A stretch of 64,000 nucleotides of DNA from Alphaproteobacteria bacterium. Lineage in GTDB: Bacteria; Pseudomonadota; Alphaproteobacteria; MPNO01; UBA830. Position numbers and translations under genes: made by a program. The stretch covers positions 256,001 through 320,000 of the forward strand of contig OZ219790.1 of NCBI GenBank assembly GCA_964291215.2, given 5' to 3'. Positions 31,048 to 41,382 of this stretch are shown here, piece by piece. The first letter of the stretch is position 1; every line of letters starts with the position of its first letter. A model generated the notes under the pieces. It was not told the DNA's origin and did not search any database. It worked only from the letters and a program-made list of their open reading frames with translations.

Positions 31048-32469
31048 ATGGACCCATTCCGCCTCGTCATCAACGGCAAGAAGATTCCGACCGGGAAGTG
31101 CTTCGAGGTTCTCAATCCGGCCGATGAGAAGGTTGCCGGGCTTGCGCCGCTCGCAAGGAAGAAAGATCTTGACGCCGCCGTCAGCGCCGCCGAGAGGGCG
31201 TTCCAGAAATGGCGCGACGTGCCCGAGGCCCGCAGGCAGGCTGCCTGCATGAAGATCGCCTCGAAGATCGAGAAGAACGCGGAGGAACTCGCCCGCCTCC
31301 TCACCAGGGAACAGGGCAAGCCCCTCAACGGTCTCGGTTCTCGCTGGGAGATCGGGGGTGCTGTAGCCTGGACCCGTTACACGGCCGGCCTTTCCCTACC
31401 CGTCAAGACCCTTCAGGACAACAACGAGGGCAGGATCGAGCTCCACCGCAAGCCAATTGGCGTCGTTGGCTCGATCACGCCGTGGAACTTTCCCGTCCTG
31501 ATCGCGATCTGGCACATAATCCCGGCCGTGCTTTCGGGCAACACCGTGATATGCAAGCCCTCGCCTTTCACGCCCCTGTCGACACTGCGCCTGATTGAAC
31601 TCATGAACGAGGTTCTGCCGAAAGGGGTCGTCAACTGCATTGCCGGCAAGGACAAGCTGGGTGCGGCCATGGCTTCGCACGAGGACATCGGCAAGATCGT
31701 TTTCACCGGCTCATGCGCCACCGGTCAGGAGATCATGGCGAACGCGGCCGAGACCATGAAGCGCCTGACGCTGGAGCTCGGCGGCAACGATGCCGGCATC
31801 GTACTTGGCGACGTCGATCCGGGCGAGATCGCCGAGGGGTTGTTCTGGGGAGCCTTCATCAATGGCGGCCAAACCTGCGCGGCGCTCAAGCGGCTCTATG
31901 TTCACGACAATGTCTATGACGATGTCTGCGACGAACTTGTCGCCTTTGCCCGGAAGATGAAGATCGGCAAGGGAAGTGCGGAAGATGTCGTGATCGGTCC
32001 GGTCCAGAACGAAAGGCAGTATGACATCGTCGCCGGACTGGTGCGCAACGCAAAGCGCAAGGGACGCGTGCTCCTCGGCGGCAACCCCGCCAAGCTCCGC
32101 AAGAAACTGGGCAGGAAGGGCTATTTCTACCCGCCAACGATCATCGCCGACCTGGACAACGGAGACCGCCTTGTCGACGAGGAACAGTTCGGCCCGGTCC
32201 TCCCGGTGATTCGCTATCGCCGCATCGAGGAGGCAATCGACAAGGCAAACGACAACCCGAATGGCCTTGGCGGTTCGGTCTGGAGTCGCAATGTCGACAA
32301 GGCGCGAAAGATTGCCAGCCGCATGGAGTGCGGTTCCGTCTGGATCAACAAACACGGGATGATCCAACCCAACGCCCCGTTCGGCGGTGTCAAGCGCTCT
32401 GGCTTCGGTGTCGAGTTCGCGGAAGAAGGCCTACAGGAATACACGGACATCCAGGTTGTCTTTTCCTGA
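31048..32469 (+). CDS. Aldehyde dehydrogenase
   Basis: ITPWNFP, FTGS, LELGGND, GQTCAA, EEQFGP, PFGGVKRSG. Confidence 0.95.
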   Translation: MDPFRLVINGKKIPTGKCFEVLNPADEKVAGLAPLARKKDLDAAVSAAERAFQKWRDVPEARRQAACMKIASKIEKNAEELARLLTREQGKPLNGLGSRWEIGGAVAWTRYTAGLSLPVKTLQDNNEGRIELHRKPIGVVGSITPWNFPVLIAIWHIIPAVLSGNTVICKPSPFTPLSTLRLIELMNEVLPKGVVNCIAGKDKLGAAMASHEDIGKIVFTGSCATGQEIMANAAETMKRLTLELGGNDAGIVLGDVDPGEIAEGLFWGAFINGGQTCAALKRLYVHDNVYDDVCDELVAFARKMKIGKGSAEDVVIGPVQNERQYDIVAGLVRNAKRKGRVLLGGNPAKLRKKLGRKGYFYPPTIIADLDNGDRLVDEEQFGPVLPVIRYRRIEEAIDKANDNPNGLGGSVWSRNVDKARKIASRMECGSVWINKHGMIQPNAPFGGVKRSGFGVEFAEEGLQEYTDIQVVFS

Positions 32470-32567
32470 ACCGGAATTTCAGAAACCGGTTTCCGAAGAA
32501 CGGCATCCTGTCCACCTCCGCGCGGGCCAGCGGCGCACCGGCGGAAGCGGTGTGGAAGAGTAGTCCG

Positions 32568-33311
32568 ATGCTGGCGATCGATTTGCCCGATGTCTCCGTG
32601 TTTCTTGTTGCCATCGTCTTCTCGGCAGCGCTCCTGCAGGCCGTGACAGGACTCGGTTTCGGCCTGATCGCAGGCCCGGCGCTGCTCGTCTCCATGGACA
32701 GTTCCGCCGCCATTCAGGTAACGATCGTCCTGAGCTTCGCGATCGCGCTGGCGCTCTCGCCGAGCACCCTTCCAAGGGTCGACTGGTCACTGCTGAAACC
32801 CCTGTTTTTTGGCATATGCCTGGGCGCGGTCGCTGGCGCGGTGACGTATTCACATGTGTCGTTGCAGAATCTGAAATGGGGGGCAACTGTGGCAGTGCTG
32901 GCCATGGCGGCGATTTCCACCGGCATTCTCGAGCGTCATCCGCTCTTTCAGCGCGACAGCGACGTACGCCGGCTGGCGACCGGCGCACTGAGCGGAGCGC
33001 TGACGGCCAGCCTCGCGATGCCTGGGCCTCCGGTTGCCGCCTACGCTACCGCCCTCCGGCACGGCAAGGAAACAATCCGCGCAACGACGCTTGTAACGTT
33101 TCTCTTCGCCTACCCGGTCGCCTTTGCCATGCAGGCAGGGATGTCCGGCGTGTCGGATCGCGCGGCGCCGATGTGCGCGGCGCTGCTTTTTCCGGCGCTG
33201 GCGGGAACATTAACCGGATACCTGCTTGGCCGCGCGGTGCCGGAAAGCGTCTTCAGATGGCTCATCACCGTCCTCCTTGTTGTCAGCGCCGTTGCCCTGA
33301 CAATCGCCTGA
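32568..33311 (+). CDS. TauE/SafE (TSUP) family membrane protein
   Basis: LQAVTGLGFGLIAGP and a repeated G...GPP half. Confidence 0.85.
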   Translation: MLAIDLPDVSVFLVAIVFSAALLQAVTGLGFGLIAGPALLVSMDSSAAIQVTIVLSFAIALALSPSTLPRVDWSLLKPLFFGICLGAVAGAVTYSHVSLQNLKWGATVAVLAMAAISTGILERHPLFQRDSDVRRLATGALSGALTASLAMPGPPVAAYATALRHGKETIRATTLVTFLFAYPVAFAMQAGMSGVSDRAAPMCAALLFPALAGTLTGYLLGRAVPESVFRWLITVLLVVSAVALTIA

Positions 33312-34638
33312 GGGTTTGTCACCAAATAATCGAATCCGTGTTGTTTGCGTCGGCGTTTTTGTCTGTCCAGTGATTTTGGTTGAGCGCTTGCCGACGGGTC
33401 AGTCTGCTGACTTCGGTTGGTTGGTGTTGGGGTCTTTCGGGGATGATTTGTCGGTCAGTTTGGTTGCCGGCTGATTCTCCGGCGCTGTTGGGACGTTTAT
33501 CTTCGGTGCATGGAACAGGCAAAGAGCATAAGGCACCGGTTTGCAGTTCTTTCTCCTCATCTTGACGAGAAGGGTCGCCGGTTGCTCGCGGCGGTTGAGG
33601 CGCAGTGTCTTGGGCGCGGCGGAATAACGCAGGTCTCGGATCTCACGGAGTTGCGCGTTCGACGATTTGACGGGGTCTGAAGGAGATTGACGGAGCCATG
33701 TCGCCGCCGGCACCGGGTCCGGCGCGCGCAAGCCGGCGATGGAGCGTCAGCCGGGTCTGCTGGCGGCGCTGGTTGCGCCGGCGACGCGGAACGGTCTCTG
33801 CTGTGGGTTTCGAAGAGCACCCGGCATCTTGCGAAGTGTCTTGAGGAGCAGGGTTGTTCGGCGTCGCTTGTCGGGCGGCTTCTGGGCGAGCTTGGCTATA
33901 CGCCAACGCGAAGACCCGCGAAGGCGGCGTGCACCCTGCCCAGGCCGGGCAGTTCGGCCGCATAAATGAGCAGGTTGCGGCGTTTCTTGCGGCCGGGGAA
34001 CCGGTCATCGACACCAGGAAGAAGGAGCTGATCGGCGATTTCAAGAACGCCGGCCGCGAGTGGCGGCCGAAGGGACGGCCCGAGGAGGTGAAGGTACATA
34101 ACTTCGCGGACAAGGAGTTCGGCAAGGCGGCCCCCTACGGGGACATGGCCCACAACATCGGCCGGGTCAATGTCGGCCATGACACCGCGGCGTTTGCGGT
34201 GGAAAGCACCCGGGGTGCCGGTGGCGGCGCCTCGGGCGCTGCCCCGGGGCGGCTGCTGATCATCGCCGACTGCGGCGGGTCGAACGGGGCCCGACTGTGG
34301 AAGGTCGAACTGCAGAAGCTCGCCAGGGAACTCGAGATCATGGTCTGCCGCCCGGCACCAGCAAATGGAACCGCACATCGCCTGTTCTCGTTCATCAGCC
34401 AGAACTGGCGCGGCAAGCCGCTGTGCAGCCTCGCCGCCATCGTCAGCCTGATCAGCGCAACCACCACCGAAACCGGCCTCAAGGTCTATTGCAGTGTCGA
34501 CGAAAACACCTGTCCGAAGGGCATCAAGGATGCCGAGATAAAGGACCTCGACATCAAGCGCACAAAATTCCAGGGCGAGTTGGAACTATTCACTCTTGCC
34601 AACACCCGACACAGGCGCGATTGTTTCGTGACGGCCCC
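33312..34638 (+). mobile_element. ISAzo13-family element (degenerate)
   Basis: DTRKKELIGDFKNAGREW, HDTAAFAVES, ADCGGSNG, HRLFSFISQNWRGKPL; IRs GGGTTTGTCACCAAATAATCG / CGATTGTTTCGTGACGGCCCC flanked by TGA. Confidence 0.9.
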
Positions 34639-34856
34639 TGAGTCCTGAATCACCATCCACGCCGCAGAAAATGCGCAGCCGGATAGTCATCATCACATGA
34701 GGCATGTTCCAGGCATCGTGTTGCACCGGCCAAATCATGGTAAAGCTCGTTCCCGTTCGAATCGAACCTATCACGGAACCAACACAACCGGAGACGGCGT
34801 TGCTACCCGTGCGGCCCAAGTCTAGAATGCTCATCCGAAGAAAAGGACCGGAAAAC

Positions 34857-35705
34857 ATGCACGATATCAATCTTGAGGGAAAGGTTGCCATCGTCACCGG
34901 CGGCGGCGGCGGAATGGGTGGCGCGATGTCGCTGGCCTTGGCCGCGCACGGCGCCAGCGTGTGCGCCGCCGACGTGAACCGGGATGCGGTCGACAAGATC
35001 GCCGACGACGCGCACAAGATGACAAACAGCGGAACCATACTCCCGATCGCATTCGACGTGACAGACTTTGATGACTGCGCGCGCGTCGTCGAAGTCACCC
35101 GAAAGGAACTCGGTCCCGTCAACGTCCTGGTCAACAATGCTGGCGTCGGCATGCAGACCATAAACGAGAACTACATGAACGAACCGGCCAAATTCTGGCT
35201 TGCCGATCTGGACCGCTGGCAACGCATGATGGACATCAATTTCAAGGGGCCATTCATGATTGCCAAGCTAGTGGCCGAATCGATGGTCGAACAGGGCTGG
35301 GGCCGCATTATCAACGTCACGACGAGCCTCGATACGATGATCCGTCACAACTACTCGCCCTACGGCCAGTCCAAGGCCGCGCTGGAATCCGGCACCGCAA
35401 CATGGGCGAAGGATCTCGAGGGCACCGGCGTCAGCGTCAACGTCCTGGTGCCGGGCGGCCCGACCAATACGGGTTTCATTCCAGAAAGCGCTCCTTTCGA
35501 CCGCGACAAGCTGGTGCAGCCCGAGGTGATGACCGGCCCCGTCGTCTGGCTCGCTTCCGACCGTTCGGACGGGATCACGAACAGCCGGTTCGTCGCAAGC
35601 AACTGGGATGTTTCTCTTGACCCGGATGAAGCTGCGAGGGCTGTTTGCGCTCCGGCGGCCTGGCCGGATGCCGGTACCAAGGCCGTGTGGCCGGGAGCCA
35701 ATTGA
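34857..35705 (+). CDS. SDR family oxidoreductase
   Basis: VTGGGGGMG, NNAG, YGQSK. Confidence 0.9.
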   Translation: MHDINLEGKVAIVTGGGGGMGGAMSLALAAHGASVCAADVNRDAVDKIADDAHKMTNSGTILPIAFDVTDFDDCARVVEVTRKELGPVNVLVNNAGVGMQTINENYMNEPAKFWLADLDRWQRMMDINFKGPFMIAKLVAESMVEQGWGRIINVTTSLDTMIRHNYSPYGQSKAALESGTATWAKDLEGTGVSVNVLVPGGPTNTGFIPESAPFDRDKLVQPEVMTGPVVWLASDRSDGITNSRFVASNWDVSLDPDEAARAVCAPAAWPDAGTKAVWPGAN

Positions 35706-36482
35706 TTGGAAGTTCACACGGAGCATTTCCGTTCGCTGACGCTTGCCGCAACCGAAATCGCGGAGCGCGCGGGCAACCTTATAACCGAACTCTATGGGAT
35801 CGATCTCGACGTGCGCGAGAAGGGGGATACGACACCGGTTACCGAAGCCGACGAGCGTGCGGAAGAGCTGATCCTCTCCGAACTCGCGGCATTGACGCCT
35901 GACATACCCGCAATAGGCGAGGAAACGGTGGCGCAGGGCGCGGTCGACGGGCACGGAACTTTCTGGCTCGTCGATCCGATCGACGGGACACGGGCCTTTA
36001 TCCAGGGTAGCGGTGAATTCACGACGAATATTGCGTTGATCCACGCTCGCCGACCAGTGCTCGGCGTGGTCGCTGCTCCTGCGTTGGGACGCCTCTACAG
36101 AGGCAGCGGGCCAGGCACCGCGGAGAAGCGGGAAACCGGTAGCGATTGGATCCCGATCGGCGTACGCAAACCACCGCAGGCCGGCGTTGTCGTCGTGTCA
36201 AGCAAATCCCACGGCAACAAGGCCGCGATCGAGGGCCTGATTCGGGAACTGCCCGCATGTGAGCACCGATATGTCCACAGCTCCCTCAAATTCTGCCTGA
36301 TCGCTGAAGGTGTGGCAGACATCTATCCCCGTTATGGCCCGACCTCCGAATGGGACACGGCTGCAGGTCACGCCGTCCTCGCCAGCGCCGGAGGCTCGGT
36401 CTGGACAGTGGATGGAAATCCGCTTGAATACGGCAAATCGGGGTGGCTCAATCCCGAATTCATAGCCCGCGGCCGGGAATGA
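35706..36482 (+). CDS. cysQ: 3'(2'),5'-bisphosphate nucleotidase
   Basis: PVTEAD, GEE, WLVDPIDGT, SSLKFCLIAEG, TSEWDTAAG. Confidence 0.93.
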   Translation: MEVHTEHFRSLTLAATEIAERAGNLITELYGIDLDVREKGDTTPVTEADERAEELILSELAALTPDIPAIGEETVAQGAVDGHGTFWLVDPIDGTRAFIQGSGEFTTNIALIHARRPVLGVVAAPALGRLYRGSGPGTAEKRETGSDWIPIGVRKPPQAGVVVVSSKSHGNKAAIEGLIRELPACEHRYVHSSLKFCLIAEGVADIYPRYGPTSEWDTAAGHAVLASAGGSVWTVDGNPLEYGKSGWLNPEFIARGRE

Positions 36483-37516
36483 TCGAGCCCGCCACACCGG
36501 AGGTCATCACGCGGGCCGGACGGCTGATCCAGGACGGCGATGCCATCGCATTTCCCACCGAGACGGTCTACGGCCTCGGCGCGGACGCATGTTCGGATAC
36601 CGCCGTCGCACGTATCTTCGAGATCAAGAGGCGGCCAGCTTTCAATCCTCTCATCGTTCACGTGGAAAGCCTCGAAGAGGCCGCGATGCTCGGCGATTTC
36701 GACCGGATGGCGCACGCGCTTGCGGATGCCTTCTGGCCCGGGGCGCTTTCGATTGCCGTGCCCCGCCGCCGGGACTGCGAGATTTCCCTGCTCGCCAGCG
36801 CCGGCCTTGACACTGTTGCCATAAGGGTTCCCGCCCACAAGACTGCCCGAGCAATCCTTGCCGCCGCGCGATGCCCCATCGCGGCTCCGAGCGCCAACGC
36901 TTCCGGCGAAGTGAGCCCGACCCTGGCGCGGCACGTGGCCGATTCGCTCGGCGGCGGACTCCTGATCGTCGATGCTGGCCCCTGTCCCGTCGGACTCGAA
37001 TCCACGGTGGTCGCCTGCGGCGGTGATCAGCCCGTAATCCTCAGGCCAGGCGGCATTACCTCGGAGGCCATTGCCGATATCACCGGTCCCGCAAGGATTG
37101 TCAGCGAACACGACGACGGGCCGGTGCAGTCGCCCGGCATGCTGCACCAGCATTACGCACCCCGGTCTCCCGTTCGGCTCGAAGCCCGTTCGGTCGCTCC
37201 CGGCGAAGCCCTGTTGTCGTTCGGCCGCCATGAAATTGACGGAGCGTCGGCGGAACTGAATCTCAGCGCGGACGGGGACCTCACCGAAGCCGCTGCCAAT
37301 CTCTTCGCGATGCTGCGCGCGCTTGACCGCCCGGAACACAGCGCCATAGCCGTCATGCCGATTCCCGCGGACGGACTCGGTCAGGCCATCAACGACCGCC
37401 TGCGTCGGGCCAGCGCATCCCCGAGAGTAACGCACATCCCTATCCACTCGGGCGGCCGCATTTCTCGAAAGGATTCCGCCCTCCAGGGCGTTGCTCGGGG
37501 TCGCGGGATGCACTAG
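36479..37516 (+). CDS. tsaC: L-threonylcarbamoyladenylate synthase (Sua5 type)
   Basis: AFPTETVYGLGA, KRRPAFNPLIVH, AAPSAN, SPGMLHQHYAP. Confidence 0.95.
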   Translation: MIEPATPEVITRAGRLIQDGDAIAFPTETVYGLGADACSDTAVARIFEIKRRPAFNPLIVHVESLEEAAMLGDFDRMAHALADAFWPGALSIAVPRRRDCEISLLASAGLDTVAIRVPAHKTARAILAAARCPIAAPSANASGEVSPTLARHVADSLGGGLLIVDAGPCPVGLESTVVACGGDQPVILRPGGITSEAIADITGPARIVSEHDDGPVQSPGMLHQHYAPRSPVRLEARSVAPGEALLSFGRHEIDGASAELNLSADGDLTEAAANLFAMLRALDRPEHSAIAVMPIPADGLGQAINDRLRRASASPRVTHIPIHSGGRISRKDSALQGVARGRGMH

Positions 37517-37536
37517 TTGTTGAGTTGGAGATTTCC

Positions 37537-38970
37537 ATGACCTCTGTTATCGCGCCGATTCCGCAGGATGTCCTGAACCGCATTCGCGCCGTCACAGGCG
37601 ATGCGGGTGTACTGACCGCAGACATCGACAAGGCGCCGTATCTCACCGACGAACGCGGCTACTACACAGGCGCCACCCCGATGGTCGTGCGCCCAGCCAC
37701 CGTCGATGAGGTCTCTGCGGCGGTGAAAATCTGCTGCGAGACCGGTACCGCAATCGTCCCGCAGGGCGGCAACACCGGCCTGTGCGGGGCGGCGACGCCC
37801 CACGAGCACGGCGGCGAGATCTTGCTGTCGCTGACGCGCATGAACCGGATCCGTGAGATCGACCCGCTCAACTACACGATCACTGCTGAAGCCGGAGTGA
37901 TCCTCGCCGATGTCCAGCAGGCTGCCGAAGCGGCCGACCGTCTTTTTCCTCTCAGCCTTGGCGGCGAAGGCACCGCGCGGATCGGTGGCAACCTCTCGAC
38001 CAATGCCGGCGGCACCGGCGTCTTGCGCTACGGTCCGGCCAGAGACCTGTGCCTCGGGCTTGAGGCTGTCATGCCAAACGGCGATATCTGGAACGGCCTG
38101 ACAGCGCTGCGCAAGGACAACACGGGATACGACCTCAAACATCTGCTCATCGGGGCGGAGGGCACGCTCGGCATCATCACCGCCGCTTGCCTCAAGCTCT
38201 TTCCCCGGCCGGCCGATATCCGGAACGCCTTTCTCGCCGTGTGCGACGAACATGCGGCGGTCGAACTCCTGGCGCGGGCGCGGCGCGCGACCGATGACCG
38301 CGTCGTGACGTTCGAATACATCTCGCGTCAGGCCCTCGATTTCGTGCTGCGCCACTTTAACGACCTCCGCGACCCCCTGGACGGGCGCCAGGACCATTAC
38401 GTGATGATGGAAATCGCATCCGGCGAAGCGTCAGCAGACGGCCTCCGCGATCTGCTCGAGAGCATTCTCACCGACGGGTTTGCCGCCGGGCTGATTCTTG
38501 ATGCCGTGATTGCCGAAAGCGGACGGCAGGCAGCAGATTTCTGGAAGATTCGCGAAGTCGTCCCCGAGGCCCAGAGGCACCACGGCGCGAGCATCAAGCA
38601 CGATATCTCGGTCCCGGTCTCCAAGGTCGCCGACTTCCTGGTCGAAGCGATCGCCGACCTCAGCAGCCTGGTTCCGAACATACGCCCCTGCGCCTTCGGA
38701 CATGTCGGTGACGGCAACATACACTTCAATCTCAGCGCCCCCGAAGGCATGGCGGATGCCGAGTTCCTTGCGGTCCGGCCGGAAATCCACAAACGAGTCT
38801 ATGACCGTACCGTCGCCATGGGCGGCTCGATCAGCGCCGAACACGGCATCGGACGGTTGCGGCGCGACGCGCTCAAGGCCTACAAGTCTCCGGTAGCGCT
38901 CGGGGTGATGCGGGCGATAAAGGCGGCCCTAGATCCCGGGGGAATCATGAATCCGGGCAAGGTGCTCTAG
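37537..38970 (+). CDS. FAD-binding oxidoreductase (D-2-hydroxyacid dehydrogenase-like)
   Basis: PQGGNTGL, LRKDNTGYDL, GAEGTLG, HVGDGNIH, SAEHGIG. Confidence 0.92.
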   Translation: MTSVIAPIPQDVLNRIRAVTGDAGVLTADIDKAPYLTDERGYYTGATPMVVRPATVDEVSAAVKICCETGTAIVPQGGNTGLCGAATPHEHGGEILLSLTRMNRIREIDPLNYTITAEAGVILADVQQAAEAADRLFPLSLGGEGTARIGGNLSTNAGGTGVLRYGPARDLCLGLEAVMPNGDIWNGLTALRKDNTGYDLKHLLIGAEGTLGIITAACLKLFPRPADIRNAFLAVCDEHAAVELLARARRATDDRVVTFEYISRQALDFVLRHFNDLRDPLDGRQDHYVMMEIASGEASADGLRDLLESILTDGFAAGLILDAVIAESGRQAADFWKIREVVPEAQRHHGASIKHDISVPVSKVADFLVEAIADLSSLVPNIRPCAFGHVGDGNIHFNLSAPEGMADAEFLAVRPEIHKRVYDRTVAMGGSISAEHGIGRLRRDALKAYKSPVALGVMRAIKAALDPGGIMNPGKVL

Positions 38971-39019
38971 CGTTCCGCCGAAGTGGCCAGAGTGAACGAC
39001 ATCCAACAGGAGCTGTCCC

Positions 39020-40792
39020 GTGACCGAATATAATGCCCCTCTTCGCGATATGCAGTTCGTCATCGAAGAACTTGTCGGGCTGTCGGAGATCACCGCCCTG
39101 CCCGGCCATGAGAACCTCACACCGGATACCGTGCACGCGATCCTCGAAGAGGCGGCCAAGTTCGGACGCGAGGTACTGTCCCCGATCAACCGGTCAGGGG
39201 ACATCGAGGGCTCCCGCCTCGAGAACGGGGTGGTCATCACGCCGAAGGGATTCAAGGAGGCTTACCAGGCTTATGTGGACGGCGGATGGAACACGCTGCA
39301 GTTCGAACCGGAACTTGGCGGCCAGGGGCTTCCGATGCTGGTAGCGACACCGGTCTTCGAGATGTGGGATTCGGCCAATCTCGGTTTCGCGCTGTGTCCC
39401 GTGCTGAGCATCGCCGGCGCGGAAATGCTGGAGAAATACGGCACCGACGGGCAGAAGGAAAAATGGATGCCGAAACTGGTCAGTGGCGAATGGACCGGAA
39501 CAATGGTCCTCACCGAGCCTGGCGCCGGATCCGATGTCGGCGCCCTCAAGACGCGGGCCGTGCCCGAAGGCAACCACTACCGCATTAGCGGCCAGAAGAT
39601 CTTCACGACCTGGGGCGAGCACGACTTCACCGAGAACATTGTCCACATGGTCCTCGCCCGCACGCCAGATGCGCCCCCCGGCACACGCGGAATCTCGCTC
39701 TTCATCGTGCCGAAGTTCATGGTCAATGACGACGGCACCCTGGGGCCGCGCAACGACCTTCGCCCGATATCGCTCGAACACAAGCTCGGCATTCACGCAA
39801 GCCCGACCTGCGTCATGCAGTTTGGCGAGAACGAGGGCGCGATCGGCTATCTCGTCGGCGAGGAATGCCGCGGCATGCAGTACATGTTCTCGATGATGAA
39901 CAACGCTCGCCTCGCGGTCGGCCGCGAGGGTGTTGGCATCGCTACCCGCGCCTACCAGCAGGCAGCATCCTATGCCCGCGAGCGCATACAGGGTCGCGAT
40001 GCGGTCAATCCGGGAGCGGGTCAGGTCGCCATCATTCGTCATCCCGATGTGCGCCGGAATCTCATGACGATGCGCACCCTGACCGAGGCGGCCAGGGCCC
40101 TCGGCTACTATGTTGCTGCTCAGCTCGATGTGGCACGCAAGCACCCGGATGCCGAGACCAAGGCGCAGGCACAGGCCCGTGTCGACCTGCTGGTGCCTGT
40201 CGTCAAGGCTTGGTCGACCGATTGCGGCGTGACCGTGGCCTCCATCGGCGTGCAGGTTCACGGTGGCGCCGGCTTCATCGAGGAAACCGGCGCTGCTCAG
40301 CACTACCGCGACAGCCGCATCACACCGATCTATGAAGGTACGAACGGAATCCAGGCTATCGACCTGATAACCCGGAAAATCACCGGCGACGGCGGCAAGA
40401 GCGTCGCGTTGCTCATTGAGGAAATGACAAATACAGAGATTACAGATTCTCGAATAGAAGCACCGTTCCTGCAGACGCTCGCGGATCTCAAACAGGCTAC
40501 TTCCTACTTCGTCGATCCACCGACCAACGACCCCCGCGCTGCGCTTGCAGGGGCCACGCCCTACCTGACAGCGCTTGGCACCATAACGGGATGCTGGCTC
40601 ATGGCGCGCTCGGCGTCCATCGCTTCCGACAAACTTGCCAACGGCGCGAGCGACGACGCGCCGTTCTACGAGGCGAAGCTCACCTCGGCGCGGTTTTATG
40701 CGGATAATTTCTGTCCGCAGGCTTCAGCGTCCCTTGCAACAGCGATGTCCGGTTCGGCGGATCTCATGGCGCTGGCGGACGAGACTTTCTGA
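39020..40792 (+). CDS. Acyl-CoA dehydrogenase (DmdC-like long form)
   Basis: GTMVLTEP.AGSD, GQKIF, EHKLGIHASPT, QVHGG.G, IYEGTNGIQA. Confidence 0.92.
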   Translation: MTEYNAPLRDMQFVIEELVGLSEITALPGHENLTPDTVHAILEEAAKFGREVLSPINRSGDIEGSRLENGVVITPKGFKEAYQAYVDGGWNTLQFEPELGGQGLPMLVATPVFEMWDSANLGFALCPVLSIAGAEMLEKYGTDGQKEKWMPKLVSGEWTGTMVLTEPGAGSDVGALKTRAVPEGNHYRISGQKIFTTWGEHDFTENIVHMVLARTPDAPPGTRGISLFIVPKFMVNDDGTLGPRNDLRPISLEHKLGIHASPTCVMQFGENEGAIGYLVGEECRGMQYMFSMMNNARLAVGREGVGIATRAYQQAASYARERIQGRDAVNPGAGQVAIIRHPDVRRNLMTMRTLTEAARALGYYVAAQLDVARKHPDAETKAQAQARVDLLVPVVKAWSTDCGVTVASIGVQVHGGAGFIEETGAAQHYRDSRITPIYEGTNGIQAIDLITRKITGDGGKSVALLIEEMTNTEITDSRIEAPFLQTLADLKQATSYFVDPPTNDPRAALAGATPYLTALGTITGCWLMARSASIASDKLANGASDDAPFYEAKLTSARFYADNFCPQASASLATAMSGSADLMALADETF

Positions 40793-40899
40793 ACTACGCC
40801 AACGGCGGCTCTTGGACACTTGCAACGCTACGAAAAACAGATCATAAGGCGCTCTCGAAAAATCGACACGATGTGACATGTCGATCTGGAGCAGTTCAA

Positions 40900-41382
40900 A
40901 TGACCAAAACTGTCCTGTCGGCCGTGGGGAGCGCGGTACGTCATCCCGCCGAAGATGCGGTTCCGCCGCCGTCTCGAGAACCGTGCGCGAATACGCGCGA
41001 CAATGCGCCTCGTGACTACCTTGTCCGCGCGAATGGCCGCAAGTTCGCTGGAACCCATATGCTCGTGGATGCCTGGGGTCTGAACAGGCTTAGGGATGTC
41101 GGGTCCGCCAAGATCCTGCTGCGCGAGGCAGCCGAACATGCCGGCGCCACGATTCTTCATGTCCATATCCACGAGTTTGGCGATCGCGGCGGCCTTTCGG
41201 GGGTAGCCGTTCTCGCCGAAAGCCACATCAGCGTCCATACTTGGCCCGAAATCGACTATGCCGCGTTCGATGTCTTCATGTGCGGCACCTGTTCGCCACA
41301 GGACGCGGTCGAACATCTCAGACGCGAGCTTCGGGCTGACCGTTTCGATATACGCGAAATCCAGCGGGGCCTCGTCACGTGA
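40900..41382 (+). CDS. speD: S-adenosylmethionine decarboxylase proenzyme
   Basis: GVAVLAESHISVHTWPE pyruvoyl self-cleavage motif; DVFMCG. Confidence 0.95.
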   Translation: MTKTVLSAVGSAVRHPAEDAVPPPSREPCANTRDNAPRDYLVRANGRKFAGTHMLVDAWGLNRLRDVGSAKILLREAAEHAGATILHVHIHEFGDRGGLSGVAVLAESHISVHTWPEIDYAAFDVFMCGTCSPQDAVEHLRRELRADRFDIREIQRGLVT

